Made by a program: the position numbers and the translations under genes. Of a stretch of 64,000 nucleotides of DNA, positions 1 through 8,261 are shown piece after piece. Origin of the DNA: Akkermansia muciniphila (GTDB taxonomy: Bacteria; Verrucomicrobiota; Verrucomicrobiia; Limisphaerales; BJHT01); contig CAMAUZ010000005.1 in NCBI GenBank assembly GCA_945861535.1, positions 8,272 through 72,271 on the forward strand, given 5' to 3'. The notes beneath the pieces were generated by a model that searched no databases, was not told the origin of the DNA, and was given only the letters and a program-made list of their open reading frames with translations. Each line of letters begins with the position of its first letter. The first letter of the stretch is position 1.

Positions 1-1001
1 TCTGAGAATGATTCGAGCAGCTCGTTCGCACGGGCGATGGCGGAGTTCGGCTCCGGGTGCAGGATGGGCAGCAACGCCTCGGCGAGGCGGGCCAGATTCC
101 ACGCGGCAATGCCGGGTTGCTGGCCGAACGCGTAGCGGCCGTGGTGGTCAATGGAACTGAACACGGTGGCGGGATCGTAGGCGTCGATGAAGGCGCAGGG
201 ACCGTAGTCGATGGTTTCGCCGGAGAGCGCCATGTTGTCGGTGTTCATGACGCCATGCACGAAGCCGACGCGCATCCAGTGGGCGATGAGCGAGGCTTGG
301 CGTTCGATCACATCCTCCAGCATTCCAAGAATCGGATGCTCCGACTCGACGCGGTCGGGGAAGTGGCGGCGGAGGGTGTGGTCGGCGAGGACGCGCAGGC
401 TGTCGGTGTCACCGAGGGCGGCGAAGTATTCGAAGGTGCCGACGCGGATGTGACTGGCGGCGCCGCGGGTGAGAACCGCGCCGGGGAGCGGTTGTTCGCG
501 ATAGACCGGTTCGCCGGTGCTCGCGACGGCGAGGCTGCGCGTGGTCGGAATCCCGAAGGCGTGCATGGCTTCGCTGATCAGGTATTCGCGCAGCATGGGG
601 CCGAGAGCGGCGCGGCCGTCGCCACGGCGCGAATAGGGCGTGGGACCGGCACCTTTCAACTGGATGTCGAAGCGCTGGCCGGCGGGCGTAAGGTGTTCGC
701 CAAGCAGGATGGCGCGTCCGTCGCCGAGGCGGGTAAGATTGCCGTACTGGTGTCCGGCATAGGCTTGGGCGAGCGGCTCGGCACCGGGGAAAATCTGGTT
801 GCCGGTGAAATAGGCGGCGGCGTCCGCGCCGGTGAAGGCCGCAGGGTCGAGGCCGAGGGATTGTGCGAGCGGACGGTTGAAGAGGACGAGGCGCGGCGCG
901 GCGACGGGCGTGGGATTCACCCGCGAGTGAAATGCTTGCGGCAGGCGGGCGTAGGTGTTGTCGAAGCGCCAGCCGGGCGGCCTGGTTTCATCGGTCATCA
1001 T
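1..1001 (-). CDS. selO: Protein adenylyltransferase SelO/YdiU family, C-terminal part cut off by window edge
   Basis: Absent from the ORF track because it runs off the edge. My reverse-strand translation from ATG at 1001 gives [21 protein letters not shown]...[20 protein letters not shown]...[42 protein letters not shown]...[26 protein letters not shown], which are hallmark SelO motifs. The + ORF 57..1088 is its antisense shadow. Confidence 0.85.
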   Translation of the reverse strand, partial: MMTDETRPPGWRFDNTYARLPQAFHSRVNPTPVAAPRLVLFNRPLAQSLGLDPAAFTGADAAAYFTGNQIFPGAEPLAQAYAGHQYGNLTRLGDGRAILLGEHLTPAGQRFDIQLKGAGPTPYSRRGDGRAALGPMLREYLISEAMHAFGIPTTRSLAVASTGEPVYREQPLPGAVLTRGAASHIRVGTFEYFAALGDTDSLRVLADHTLRRHFPDRVESEHPILGMLEDVIERQASLIAHWMRVGFVHGVMNTDNMALSGETIDYGPCAFIDAYDPATVFSSIDHHGRYAFGQQPGIAAWNLARLAEALLPILHPEPNSAIARANELLESFS

Positions 1002-1115
1002 GCGGCGGTGAGTATGCCGGGAGATCGCGCGCCACCGACAGGGAAAACGCCCGCTTCAAGGTCTGGCAGGCGAAGATGGGTTTCTTGAAAGGGCGCATAC
1101 GTCCACTGCGTAGGT

Positions 1116-1271
1116 GTAGCGCAGACTTCCAAGTCTGCTGTATCGCGGGTTTCCCAACCCGCTGGCGGTCCAGCCACCGGAAAGTCCTCGGCTATTCACA
1201 CGCGTCCGCATTTCCGTGGCCTCTGCCGATTTGGAAATTGGCGATACAGCAGGTTTGGAAACCTGCGCTAC
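1116..1271. repeat. REPIN-like paired double-hairpin element, family 1, copy 1
   Basis: Left unit GTAGC-GCAGACTTccAAGTCTGC-TGTATC-GCGGGTTtcccAACCCGC (1116-1162). Inverted right unit GCCGATTtggaAATTGGC-GATACA-GCAGGTTtggaAACCTGC-GCTAC (1225-1271). Confidence 0.85.
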
Positions 1272-1365
1272 GAAGGGTGCTCGAACGCGCCCAGATTCAA
1301 GACTCGATCACGCTTTACTGCCCGTGACGGTTGCATTGCTGGCGGTGGAACGGCAACCTCGGACC

Positions 1366-2268
1366 ATGCAAATCACTTCAAATTCCTACCGGTCGGTAGC
1401 GGCGTTAGTTCTGTTCGCATGGCTCACATGGCTGACGACCTCTGTCAGTGCGGCCGAGCCGCTGCGCTTATCCATCTGGCCGGACGAGGCGCCGTTGGGC
1501 GAGGGGAAGTCGGAGAAGGTGAAGGTGCCGATCACGGTGCATTTGCCGGAGGCGAGCAAGGCCACGGGCGCGGCGATGGTGATTTGTCCGGGCGGTGGTT
1601 ATGGCGGACGCGTGGTGGAGGGCGAAGGGCACGGCATCGCGCGCTGGTTGAACGCGCACGGCATCGCCGGGGTGGTGCTGGAGTATCGGCTGCCAGCGGG
1701 CAATTATCATCGTCCGCTGCTGGATGTGCAGCGGGCCATCCGCGTGGTGCGGTCACACGCGGCCGAGTGGAAGCTTGATCCGCGCCGGATTGGGATCGTG
1801 GGTTTTTCCGCGGGAGGACATCTCGCCTCGACGGCGGGCACGCACTTCGATGGCGGCAATGAAAAGTCGGCGGACCCGATTGAGCGGCTGAGCTGTCGGC
1901 CGGATTTCATGGTGCTCGTTTATCCGGTGATCACGATGGGCGAGAAGACGCACGGGGGTTCCCGCCGGAACCTGCTCGGGCCTTCGCCGTCGGCGGAGTT
2001 GATGGACCTTTTCTCGAACGAAAAGCAGGTCACGGACAAGACGCCGCCGGCGTTCCTGACGCACGCACGGACGGACGCGGTGGTGCCGGTGGCGCACAGC
2101 CAGATGTTTTACGAGGCGCTCAAGGCGAAGGGTGTGCCGGCGGAGTTGCAGGAGTTTCCCAAGGGCAATCACGGTTTCAGCGGCTACAAGGGCGCGGAAT
2201 GGGATGCCTGGCAGAAGCGCTCGCTGGAATGGCTGGGCGAGCGGGGGTTGCTGAAGGCGGCGCCGTGA
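1366..2268 (+). CDS. Secreted alpha/beta-hydrolase (esterase/lipase fold, carbohydrate-esterase-like)
   Basis: ORF 1216..2268. ATG at 1366 gives a signal-like start MQITSNSYRSVAALVLFAWLTWLTTSVSA. Motifs ICPGGGYGG and the nucleophile elbow GFSAGGH (GxSxG) are present. The first 150 nt of the tracked ORF read through a hairpin repeat. Confidence 0.8.
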   Translation: MQITSNSYRSVAALVLFAWLTWLTTSVSAAEPLRLSIWPDEAPLGEGKSEKVKVPITVHLPEASKATGAAMVICPGGGYGGRVVEGEGHGIARWLNAHGIAGVVLEYRLPAGNYHRPLLDVQRAIRVVRSHAAEWKLDPRRIGIVGFSAGGHLASTAGTHFDGGNEKSADPIERLSCRPDFMVLVYPVITMGEKTHGGSRRNLLGPSPSAELMDLFSNEKQVTDKTPPAFLTHARTDAVVPVAHSQMFYEALKAKGVPAELQEFPKGNHGFSGYKGAEWDAWQKRSLEWLGERGLLKAAP

Positions 2269-2361
2269 GTGGCGTGGCGCGCTGACACGCGGCGGACAGA
2301 CGGATTCACGCAAAGACTGCCCGCCGTCGCCACCGACCTGAGATTCATCGACTCACTTTTT

Positions 2362-2712
2362 ATGAGCTACACTGACGCAGAAATCGCCGAGCATGCCGGA
2401 TTGGTCGAAGAACTGATCTGGTCCAAGCGGCGTCCGCCCCTGCACCTGCGGGACAGGATACGCGAGGGGCAGCGCTTCACCGGTCAGGCGGTGGAGCTTT
2501 TCTTTGTGCGGCCGGTCTTCAATCAGCCCGGCAAGTACGTCGAGGAATCCATCGCGAAGATACGATATGTCCGCACCGCCCGAGTCTGGCTCCTCTTCTG
2601 GAAGCGGGCCGACCGCAAGTGGCATGGCTATCAGCCCTTCCCGGAAGCTAAATCCCTGGCCACCGCCCTCCGGGTGGTTGACGAGGATCCCCACAATTGC
2701 TTCTTCGGGTGA
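2362..2712 (+). CDS. DUF3024-family protein (function unknown)
   Basis: ORF 2269..2712. ATG at 2362 gives MSYTDAEIAEHAGLVEELIW...KWHGYQPFPEAKSLATALRVVDEDPHNCFFG. The family call rests on my memory of the conserved C-terminal pattern, not on a search. Confidence 0.5.
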   Translation: MSYTDAEIAEHAGLVEELIWSKRRPPLHLRDRIREGQRFTGQAVELFFVRPVFNQPGKYVEESIAKIRYVRTARVWLLFWKRADRKWHGYQPFPEAKSLATALRVVDEDPHNCFFG

Positions 2713-2845
2713 AGTTTCTCCGCGCCCGCCCGCAGCGGCGGCGAACTCGCGAAGGCGACGGGATAATTCCAGACCAACCGCTCGTGTCCATACGCGCTGC
2801 GACCGGGGACCGGTCGCGCTCCGGCGGTGGCGCGCGCCGGCCAGC

Positions 2846-2981
2846 GTAGCGCAGGTTTCCAAACCTGCTGTGTCGCCGACTTCCAAGTCGGCAGGGCGTC
2901 GGAAAGGAGGGCACGCCCAGAACTTCGACGGGCCGCAGGTTTGGAAACCTGCGATACAGCAGGCCTGGAAGCCTGCGGTAC
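2846..2981. repeat. REPIN-like paired double-hairpin element, family 1, copy 2
   Basis: Left unit GTAGC-GCAGGTTtccaAACCTGC-TGTGTC-GCCGACTTccAAGTCGGC (2846-2892). Inverted right unit GCC-GCAGGTTtggaAACCTGC-GATACA-GCAGGCCtggaaGCCTGC-GGTAC (2932-2981). Confidence 0.85.
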
Positions 2982-3024
2982 GGGCGCGGGCGGATCGCGT
3001 GGGGAGCGGGCTGAATTCAGATCG

Positions 3025-3056
3025 AAAAAAATCGGCTCCGTGAGGACGGAGCCGAT
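3025..3056 (-). terminator. Rho-independent terminator after the DUF1080 triplet
   Basis: Minus strand reads ATCGGCTCCGT-cctc-ACGGAGCCGAT followed by TTTTTTT, a perfect 11-bp stem. It lies 27 nt downstream of the stop at 3083. Confidence 0.85.
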
Positions 3057-3082
3057 GCGACTGCGTTGGCGCGGTGGTTCAG

Positions 3083-3790
3083 TTACTTCCCCGCCTTGGA
3101 TTCGCGCAGCTTGACGTTGCGAAAGCTGCATTCGTCGCTGTGGTAGGTGAGGAGGATGTGACCGCGGATTTTGGTGCCGAAGCCGGCGACGCCTTTGAAC
3201 TTGGTCTTGGCGACTTGCTCGAGGATGGCGGGACTGCCGAGTTCGTACTCGAGGACTTTCTCGCCGTTGAGCCAGTGCTCGACGTGGTTGCCTTGGACGA
3301 GGACGCGGGAGTGATTCCATTCGCCGAAGGGTTTGACCTTCTTTTTCTCGTTGGGCGCGACGACGAGGTAGAAGGACGCGGTGCTGGAGGCGGCGTCATG
3401 CGCGAGGGTGTCGTCGATCATCTGGTATTCGTGGCCGATGGCGCCGGGGCGGGTTTCGGTGATGAAGTATTTGATGCCGTTGTTGGACTTGGCCGGCATG
3501 GCCCATTCCCAGGAGAGTTCGAAATCATCGAACTGGTCGGTGGTGATGATGTCGCCGCCTTTGCCGCCTTTCACGCAGGTGAGGACGCCGTTCTTCACTT
3601 CCCAGCCGCCGGTGGGCGGGGTGGTCTTTTTGAAGCCGCGCCAACCGTCGAGCGAGGTGCCGTTGAAGAGGAGCTTCCAGCCGGCGGCTTTCTCGGCGTC
3701 GGTGAGCGTGTTGAGCGGGGCATCGGCGGCGCGGGCGGTGAGGGTCAGGGTGAGCGCGGTGAGGAGGGCGAGGAGGGGTGGGAGCTTCAT
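3083..3790 (-). CDS. Secreted DUF1080 / 3-keto-disaccharide-hydrolase-family protein, paralogue 1
   Basis: Signal peptide MKLPPLLALLTALTLTLTARA, then GWKLLFNGTSLDGWRGF...DFELSWEW...GHEYQMIDD...NHVEHWLNGEKVLEYEL...FRNVKLRE. Confidence 0.85.
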   Translation of the reverse strand: MKLPPLLALLTALTLTLTARAADAPLNTLTDAEKAAGWKLLFNGTSLDGWRGFKKTTPPTGGWEVKNGVLTCVKGGKGGDIITTDQFDDFELSWEWAMPAKSNNGIKYFITETRPGAIGHEYQMIDDTLAHDAASSTASFYLVVAPNEKKKVKPFGEWNHSRVLVQGNHVEHWLNGEKVLEYELGSPAILEQVAKTKFKGVAGFGTKIRGHILLTYHSDECSFRNVKLRESKAGK

Positions 3791-3834
3791 GGCAGTGAAA
3801 GAGTGACGGAGTGAGAGAGTGAGAGGGGTGAAGA

Positions 3835-4560
3835 CTACTTCGCGGTGAGGTCGCGGAGCTTCACGTTGCGGATGAAGATTTCGTCGCCGTGATCTTGCAG
3901 CAACAGGCGGCCGGGGAAGCGGGTGCCGAAGCCTTCGACGCCTTTGAATTTGCTCTTGGCGATGGCGGCTTTGAGGGCGTCGCTGCCGAGTTCGTACTCG
4001 AGGACTTTCGCGCCGTTGAGCCAGTGCTCGACGTGCATGCCCTTAACGAGGACGCGGGACTGGTTGATTTCGCCGGGCTTTTTCACGGGGCGATTGGCGG
4101 GGTCGAGGACGTCGTAGAGCGCGGCGGTCTGGCGGTTGAGGCCCTTCTTGCCGTCGGGGTGTTTGTCGTCGTCGAGCATCTGGTACTCGTGGCCGACCGC
4201 GCCGCCTTTGCGGTCGTCGGAGATGAAGTATTTCAGGCCGCTGTTGCCGCCCTCGGCGATGCGCCATTCCCACGACAGCTCAAACTCGGAATATTTTTCG
4301 GCGGAGACGATGTCGCCGCCGCCGCCCTTGGCGATGTGGTGGAGCCAGCCGTCCTGGATGTCCCAGCCTTTGTCCGGGGGCGTGGTTTTTTTGAAACTAG
4401 TCCAGCCAGCGAGAGATTTGCCGTCGAAGAGCAGTTTCCAGCCGCCGGATTTTTCGGCGTCGGTGAGCGTGTTGGAATCCGCGGCGAGCGCGGCGATGGG
4501 CGCGCTGGCACTGGCGAGCGCGAGGGTGAGGGCGAGGAGCGGGCGGAGGAATGGTTTCAT
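3835..4560 (-). CDS. Secreted DUF1080-family protein, paralogue 2
   Basis: ORF 3835..4614. ATG at 4560 gives the signal peptide MKPFLRPLLALTLALASASA. Motifs: GWKLLFDGKSLAGW...EFELSWEW...GHEYQMLDDDKHPDG...MHVEHWLNGAKVLEYEL...IRNVKLRD. Confidence 0.85.
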   Translation of the reverse strand: MKPFLRPLLALTLALASASAPIAALAADSNTLTDAEKSGGWKLLFDGKSLAGWTSFKKTTPPDKGWDIQDGWLHHIAKGGGGDIVSAEKYSEFELSWEWRIAEGGNSGLKYFISDDRKGGAVGHEYQMLDDDKHPDGKKGLNRQTAALYDVLDPANRPVKKPGEINQSRVLVKGMHVEHWLNGAKVLEYELGSDALKAAIAKSKFKGVEGFGTRFPGRLLLQDHGDEIFIRNVKLRDLTAK

Positions 4561-4591
4561 GCTGAGTGTTGGGTGAAAGTTTCCGGGTGGT

Positions 4592-5260
4592 TCACAGGCT
4601 GCGGATGCGGACATTGCGGAGCCAGAATTCCTGGCCGTGATGCTGGAAAACGACGTGGCCTTCGCCTTCCTTCATGAAGCGGGGTTTGTCAGAGAACTTG
4701 CTCTTCTTCACCAACTCGGCGACTTCGCTGCTGCCCCAAGTGTATTCCACGATCTTCTCACCGTTGAGCCAGTGTTCGACGTGGTTGTCTTTGATGATGA
4801 GTTTGGCCTGGTTGAACTGGCCGACGGGCTTGAGTTTCTTTTTCGCCGAGGGAGGGATCAGGGCATAGAGCGCGCCGGCGGAGGTCTTCGGGTTCTTGCC
4901 GTCGCCGTGTTTGTCGTCGTCGAGGATTTGCATTTCGGGGCCGGTGAACCACGAGGCGCCTTTGTCGAGTTCGGCGACGCGATACATCACGCCGCTGTTG
5001 CCGCCGGGGGCGACCTTCCATTCGAGTTCGAGTTCGAAGTCTTTGTATTTGTCCTTGGTGATCAGGTCGGTGGCTTTGCCGGGGACGGTCTTGAGCGCGT
5101 CGCCGTCGATGATCCATTTGTCGGCGGGGAAGGTTTTCATCTGATAGCCGCGCAACTGATCGGTGAGTTTGCCATCGAAGAGGACGGTCCATTCGGCGGC
5201 GGTGGCGGAGCGGAAGCCGAGGAACAGGGCCAGCGCGCTGACGGCGAGGGATTTTTTCAT
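4592..5260 (-). CDS. Secreted DUF1080-family protein, paralogue 3
   Basis: Starts MKKSLAVSALALFLGFRSATA. Motifs: WTVLFDG...DFELELEWKV...PEMQILDDDKHGDG...NHVEHWLNGEKIVEY...LRNVRIRS. Confidence 0.85.
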   Translation of the reverse strand: MKKSLAVSALALFLGFRSATAAEWTVLFDGKLTDQLRGYQMKTFPADKWIIDGDALKTVPGKATDLITKDKYKDFELELEWKVAPGGNSGVMYRVAELDKGASWFTGPEMQILDDDKHGDGKNPKTSAGALYALIPPSAKKKLKPVGQFNQAKLIIKDNHVEHWLNGEKIVEYTWGSSEVAELVKKSKFSDKPRFMKEGEGHVVFQHHGQEFWLRNVRIRSL

Positions 5261-5261
5261 A

Positions 5262-5310
5262 GGGTTTAGGGTCTGGGGTTTGGGGTTTGGGGTTTTATTT
5301 TGATTTGGGG
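5262..5310 (+). repeat. G-tract array, telomere-like (GGGGTTT)n, G-quadruplex-capable
   Basis: GGGTTTAGGGTCTGGGGTTTGGGGTTTGGGGTTTTATTTTGATTTGGGGG sits directly against the start codon (5260) of paralogue 3. The mRNA strand therefore carries CCCCAAA repeats in its 5' UTR. Confidence 0.7.
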
Positions 5311-5364
5311 GACTCGGACGTTGGGTGAGGTGGTGGCACTCAGGGGGAGGGGAAAGAATGGTTT

Positions 5365-5448
5365 AACCACGGATGGACACGGATGGACACGGATGGGAAA
5401 GGGGCGGCGTTGGTTTTCATCCGTGTTTATCGGTGTTTATCCGTGGTT
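5365..5448. repeat. Inverted repeat whose arms are short tandem ACACGGAT-type units
   Basis: Left arm AACCACGGATGGACACGGATGGACACGGATG (5365-5395). Right arm CATCCGTGTTTATCGGTGTTTATCCGTGGTT (5418-5448). All five arm differences are G opposite T. Confidence 0.8.
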
Positions 5449-5489
5449 ACTCGGTTTCAACTTCTTCGCCCGGGACGAGGAGGGCGGCG

Positions 5490-7517
5490 TTATTGGGGCG
5501 GGATGGGCGGCGGCATTTTGCTCCCGAGGCGGAGGTATTGCCACAGGGCGTCGAGCTGTTGGTCGGCGTCGCCGCCGAGGATGTCGGCGAGCGGGCTTTT
5601 TCCTTCTTCATCGAAATAGACGGGCATCTTGGTGGTCGGCTCGACGCGGAGGGGATTGCGAATCCAGCGGAGGAACCAGGTGTGCTGCAGGCGCGCGCCG
5701 CTGAAGGCGAGGTTGATGCCGGGAGCCTCGAAGACCTGCACCGGCGCCATCTCGGCGACGCCGTGGCAGGCGATGCAGGAGAAGCCTCCGTCGCTGGAGA
5801 CGAGTTTTTTGCCGATGGTGGTGAGCGGCATTTTGACGGGCGGTTCGGCGGGCGTGACGGGCGGGAAGCCGTGCGTCTGCGCGAGGCCCGCGGCGAGCAG
5901 CGCGGCGCGCGCGGGGAAGGCGGGCATGCGATGCTCGATCCACGGTCGCATCTTGTCGGCGACTTCGCCTTTCAGGAGCGACGCGATCCACTCGGGCTTG
6001 AGCTTGCCGCCGAGGACATCGATCAGCGGGAAGCCCTCGAGCTGGCCGTGGCACGAAGCGCATTGGAGATTTTTCGCCTGGCGGGCGGCGAACTCGCTGG
6101 GCGCGTGGCGCGTGAGTGAGCCACGGTCGGTGGCGGCGAAGGCTTGGAGGGCGGCGCGTTCCTCCGCGTTGAAGGCGAAGGCGGGAGCGGCGGAATCGGC
6201 GGCGGGTTTTTCCGCGAGACAGCCGGACTGCCAGCGGGTGGCGGCGAAGTCGGCGAGCGGTTTGGCTTTGAATTGGTTATCGAGCTTGAGGGTGTGGCAG
6301 TTGAGGCAGCCGGTGGTCTGCACAAGGTGCTGGCCGCGCGCAATGACGGCGGGGTCGGTGGAAGGGCCGGGTTGCTTGAACATCGGTGCGGTCGAGGAGA
6401 GGGCGGCGGCGATCTGGTGGGCTTCTTCATCGGTGAGGGGGAACTTGGGCATGTGGGTCCAGGCGTAATGGGCGCCGGGGTTTTTGATGAAGGCGGCGAG
6501 ATGGGGCGGCGGGAATTTGGCGTTGAGATGGGTGAGCGAGATTTTTTTCGCATCCTTTTCCGTGGCGTCGGGGAGGTTGTGGCAGCCGGCGCAGTGGAGG
6601 ACTTCGAGGAGTTTATTTCCGGAGTCGAGGGCTTCGGCGTCGGCTTTGGGTGGGAGCGCGGGAGCGGGGCCGCCGGTCAGCGTGGCGAGGAAGGCGGCGA
6701 TGGCGTTGGCGTCGGCTGGGGCGTTCGCGCCGTGGAGGGTGCGGGGCATGTGGGCGACGGCGCGCTGCGATTTGGGATCGAGAATCCACGCGGCGAGCCA
6801 CGCGTAGTGGCGACGCGAGCCGATGTCGGCGAGGTCGGGGGCGTCCATCGCGAGTTCGGGCGCACCGGTCGCGGCGAGGGCGGGAGACCCTGCGGGCGTG
6901 TGGCATTTGGCGCAGCGGTGTTCGAGGAAAAGGTCGCGTCCGGCACGGATGGCGGTGGACTTAGCGAGTGCGGCGTCGGCGGGATTGTGGGTGAGGAGCG
7001 CGGTGGTGATGGGTTCCCAGAGGATGCCTTTTTCGGACCATTGCACGCGCACGAAGGCGTCACCGCTGTCGGGGCTGGTGAAGGTGGCTTTGAGGAGATT
7101 GGCGCCTTTGCTGAGGCGCACGGGCTTGCTGGGGGCGGAGGGTTTCGCGCTGTCGGCGGTGGTGGCGGCGGTGACTTCGATGATGTTGGTGCCGTTGATT
7201 TCAAGCTTGAGGGAGCCGCGGAGGACTTCGGTGCGAAATTGGAAATCGCCGCGGAGATCGGCATTGAGCGCGCCGGTCCAGGTAGCGGTGAATTTGCCGG
7301 CGGGGAGCGCGGGCGCGGCGGATTGTCCAGCGGCGACGTGGAGCCAGAGGTTCGGCGCGACGGCGGTGTCGGTGGCAGGGCCGCTGGTGTGGGTGAGGAG
7401 GAGTCCGGGTTCGGGTTTGGCGGCAGGCGCTTGGGCGAGTGCGCTGGAGGCGCAAACGGCCAGCAATCCGGTGAGCAGGGACAGGAGGAAAGCGCGGGTG
7501 GGGAGGGAGGGGATCAT
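5490..7517 (-). CDS. Secreted multihaem c-type cytochrome (five CxxCH motifs)
   Basis: ORF 5490..7634. ATG at 7517 gives the signal MIPSLPTRAFLLSLLTGLLAVCASSALA. The five haem-binding motifs are CAKCH, CAGCH, CLNCH, CASCH and CIACH. Confidence 0.8.
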   Translation of the reverse strand: MIPSLPTRAFLLSLLTGLLAVCASSALAQAPAAKPEPGLLLTHTSGPATDTAVAPNLWLHVAAGQSAAPALPAGKFTATWTGALNADLRGDFQFRTEVLRGSLKLEINGTNIIEVTAATTADSAKPSAPSKPVRLSKGANLLKATFTSPDSGDAFVRVQWSEKGILWEPITTALLTHNPADAALAKSTAIRAGRDLFLEHRCAKCHTPAGSPALAATGAPELAMDAPDLADIGSRRHYAWLAAWILDPKSQRAVAHMPRTLHGANAPADANAIAAFLATLTGGPAPALPPKADAEALDSGNKLLEVLHCAGCHNLPDATEKDAKKISLTHLNAKFPPPHLAAFIKNPGAHYAWTHMPKFPLTDEEAHQIAAALSSTAPMFKQPGPSTDPAVIARGQHLVQTTGCLNCHTLKLDNQFKAKPLADFAATRWQSGCLAEKPAADSAAPAFAFNAEERAALQAFAATDRGSLTRHAPSEFAARQAKNLQCASCHGQLEGFPLIDVLGGKLKPEWIASLLKGEVADKMRPWIEHRMPAFPARAALLAAGLAQTHGFPPVTPAEPPVKMPLTTIGKKLVSSDGGFSCIACHGVAEMAPVQVFEAPGINLAFSGARLQHTWFLRWIRNPLRVEPTTKMPVYFDEEGKSPLADILGGDADQQLDALWQYLRLGSKMPPPIPPQ

Positions 7518-7545
7518 GGGTGAAAAAATTACGGGCGCGCGACGC

Positions 7546-8190
7546 TCAAAGTTTCTGGAGCGCCGCGAGATTGGCCGCGCGGTCGAACAGGGCGCGCACG
7601 GGAACGCGGAAGCCGGTGACCACGCTGCTGGCAATCTCGCCGGTCTTGAGGGCGGCGTGGCGGTGATACTTGCCGGTGCGCAGGAGGTACTGCTCGACCT
7701 GCTGGCGCGCGGGATCGACGAGCCAGTATTCGCGGACGCCGTTGGCGGCGTAGTCTTCGAACTTCACGCCACGGTCGTTGGCCTCGGTGCTGGGCGAGAG
7801 GACTTCGACGATGAAATCGGGCGCGGGGAATTTCATCTGCTCAGGTTTGAAGCGGGCGGCCTTCGTTTTGGAGAAGAAGCAGATGTCCGGCTCGTAATCG
7901 TTGCGCGCGAGGCAGACGAGGGTTTTCTCATGCTTCACCAAACCCAGGTCGTGTCTCGTTGCGTGAATCGAGAGGAGCAGGAACAGGAGTTCGGAGGCGT
8001 CCGAGTGGCGAAGGGTGGCTGGTGAATGCACAAAGATTTCTCCGTTGATGAACTCCCATTTCCCCTCCTCGGTCATCTCGTCGTAGAACTGCTCGCGGCG
8101 TTTACGCTCGTCAGCGAGCAGGTCCTTCAACTGCGCGAAATGCCGCGGCAGTTGCGGGGACTTGATCAACTCTTCGAGGATGGCGGTCAT
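7546..8190 (-). CDS. Uma2-family (DUF820) PD-(D/E)xK-type endonuclease
   Basis: ORF 7546..8397. ATG at 8190 gives MTAILEELIKSPQLPRHF...WEFINGEIFVHSPATLRHS...EPDICFF...PDFIVEVLSPSTEANDRGVKFEDYAANGVREYWLVDP. The upstream part of the tracked ORF is translated hairpin repeat. Confidence 0.8.
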   Translation of the reverse strand: MTAILEELIKSPQLPRHFAQLKDLLADERKRREQFYDEMTEEGKWEFINGEIFVHSPATLRHSDASELLFLLLSIHATRHDLGLVKHEKTLVCLARNDYEPDICFFSKTKAARFKPEQMKFPAPDFIVEVLSPSTEANDRGVKFEDYAANGVREYWLVDPARQQVEQYLLRTGKYHRHAALKTGEIASSVVTGFRVPVRALFDRAANLAALQKL

Positions 8191-8261
8191 CGGCGGGCAG
8201 CTTAGACGAGGCGGATTTAGGGTCAAGGCGATGGGGACAGCAGGGTTGCGAGGGCGGCGGC

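Noticed and set aside
57-1088. 343-aa + strand ORF at the left edge
   Set aside because: Gly/Ala/Arg-rich with no recognisable motifs. The opposite strand encodes an unmistakable SelO protein, so this is an antisense shadow typical of high-GC DNA.
1110-2990. Whether the recurring GC hairpins could be a CRISPR array
   Set aside because: The units are inverted, not direct. There is no regular repeat-spacer periodicity, the copies are kilobases apart, and no cas genes are present.
5262-5310. GGGGTTT repeats as a true telomere or linear-replicon end
   Set aside because: The array is internal, has only about five tracts, and is flanked on both sides by ordinary chromosomal genes.
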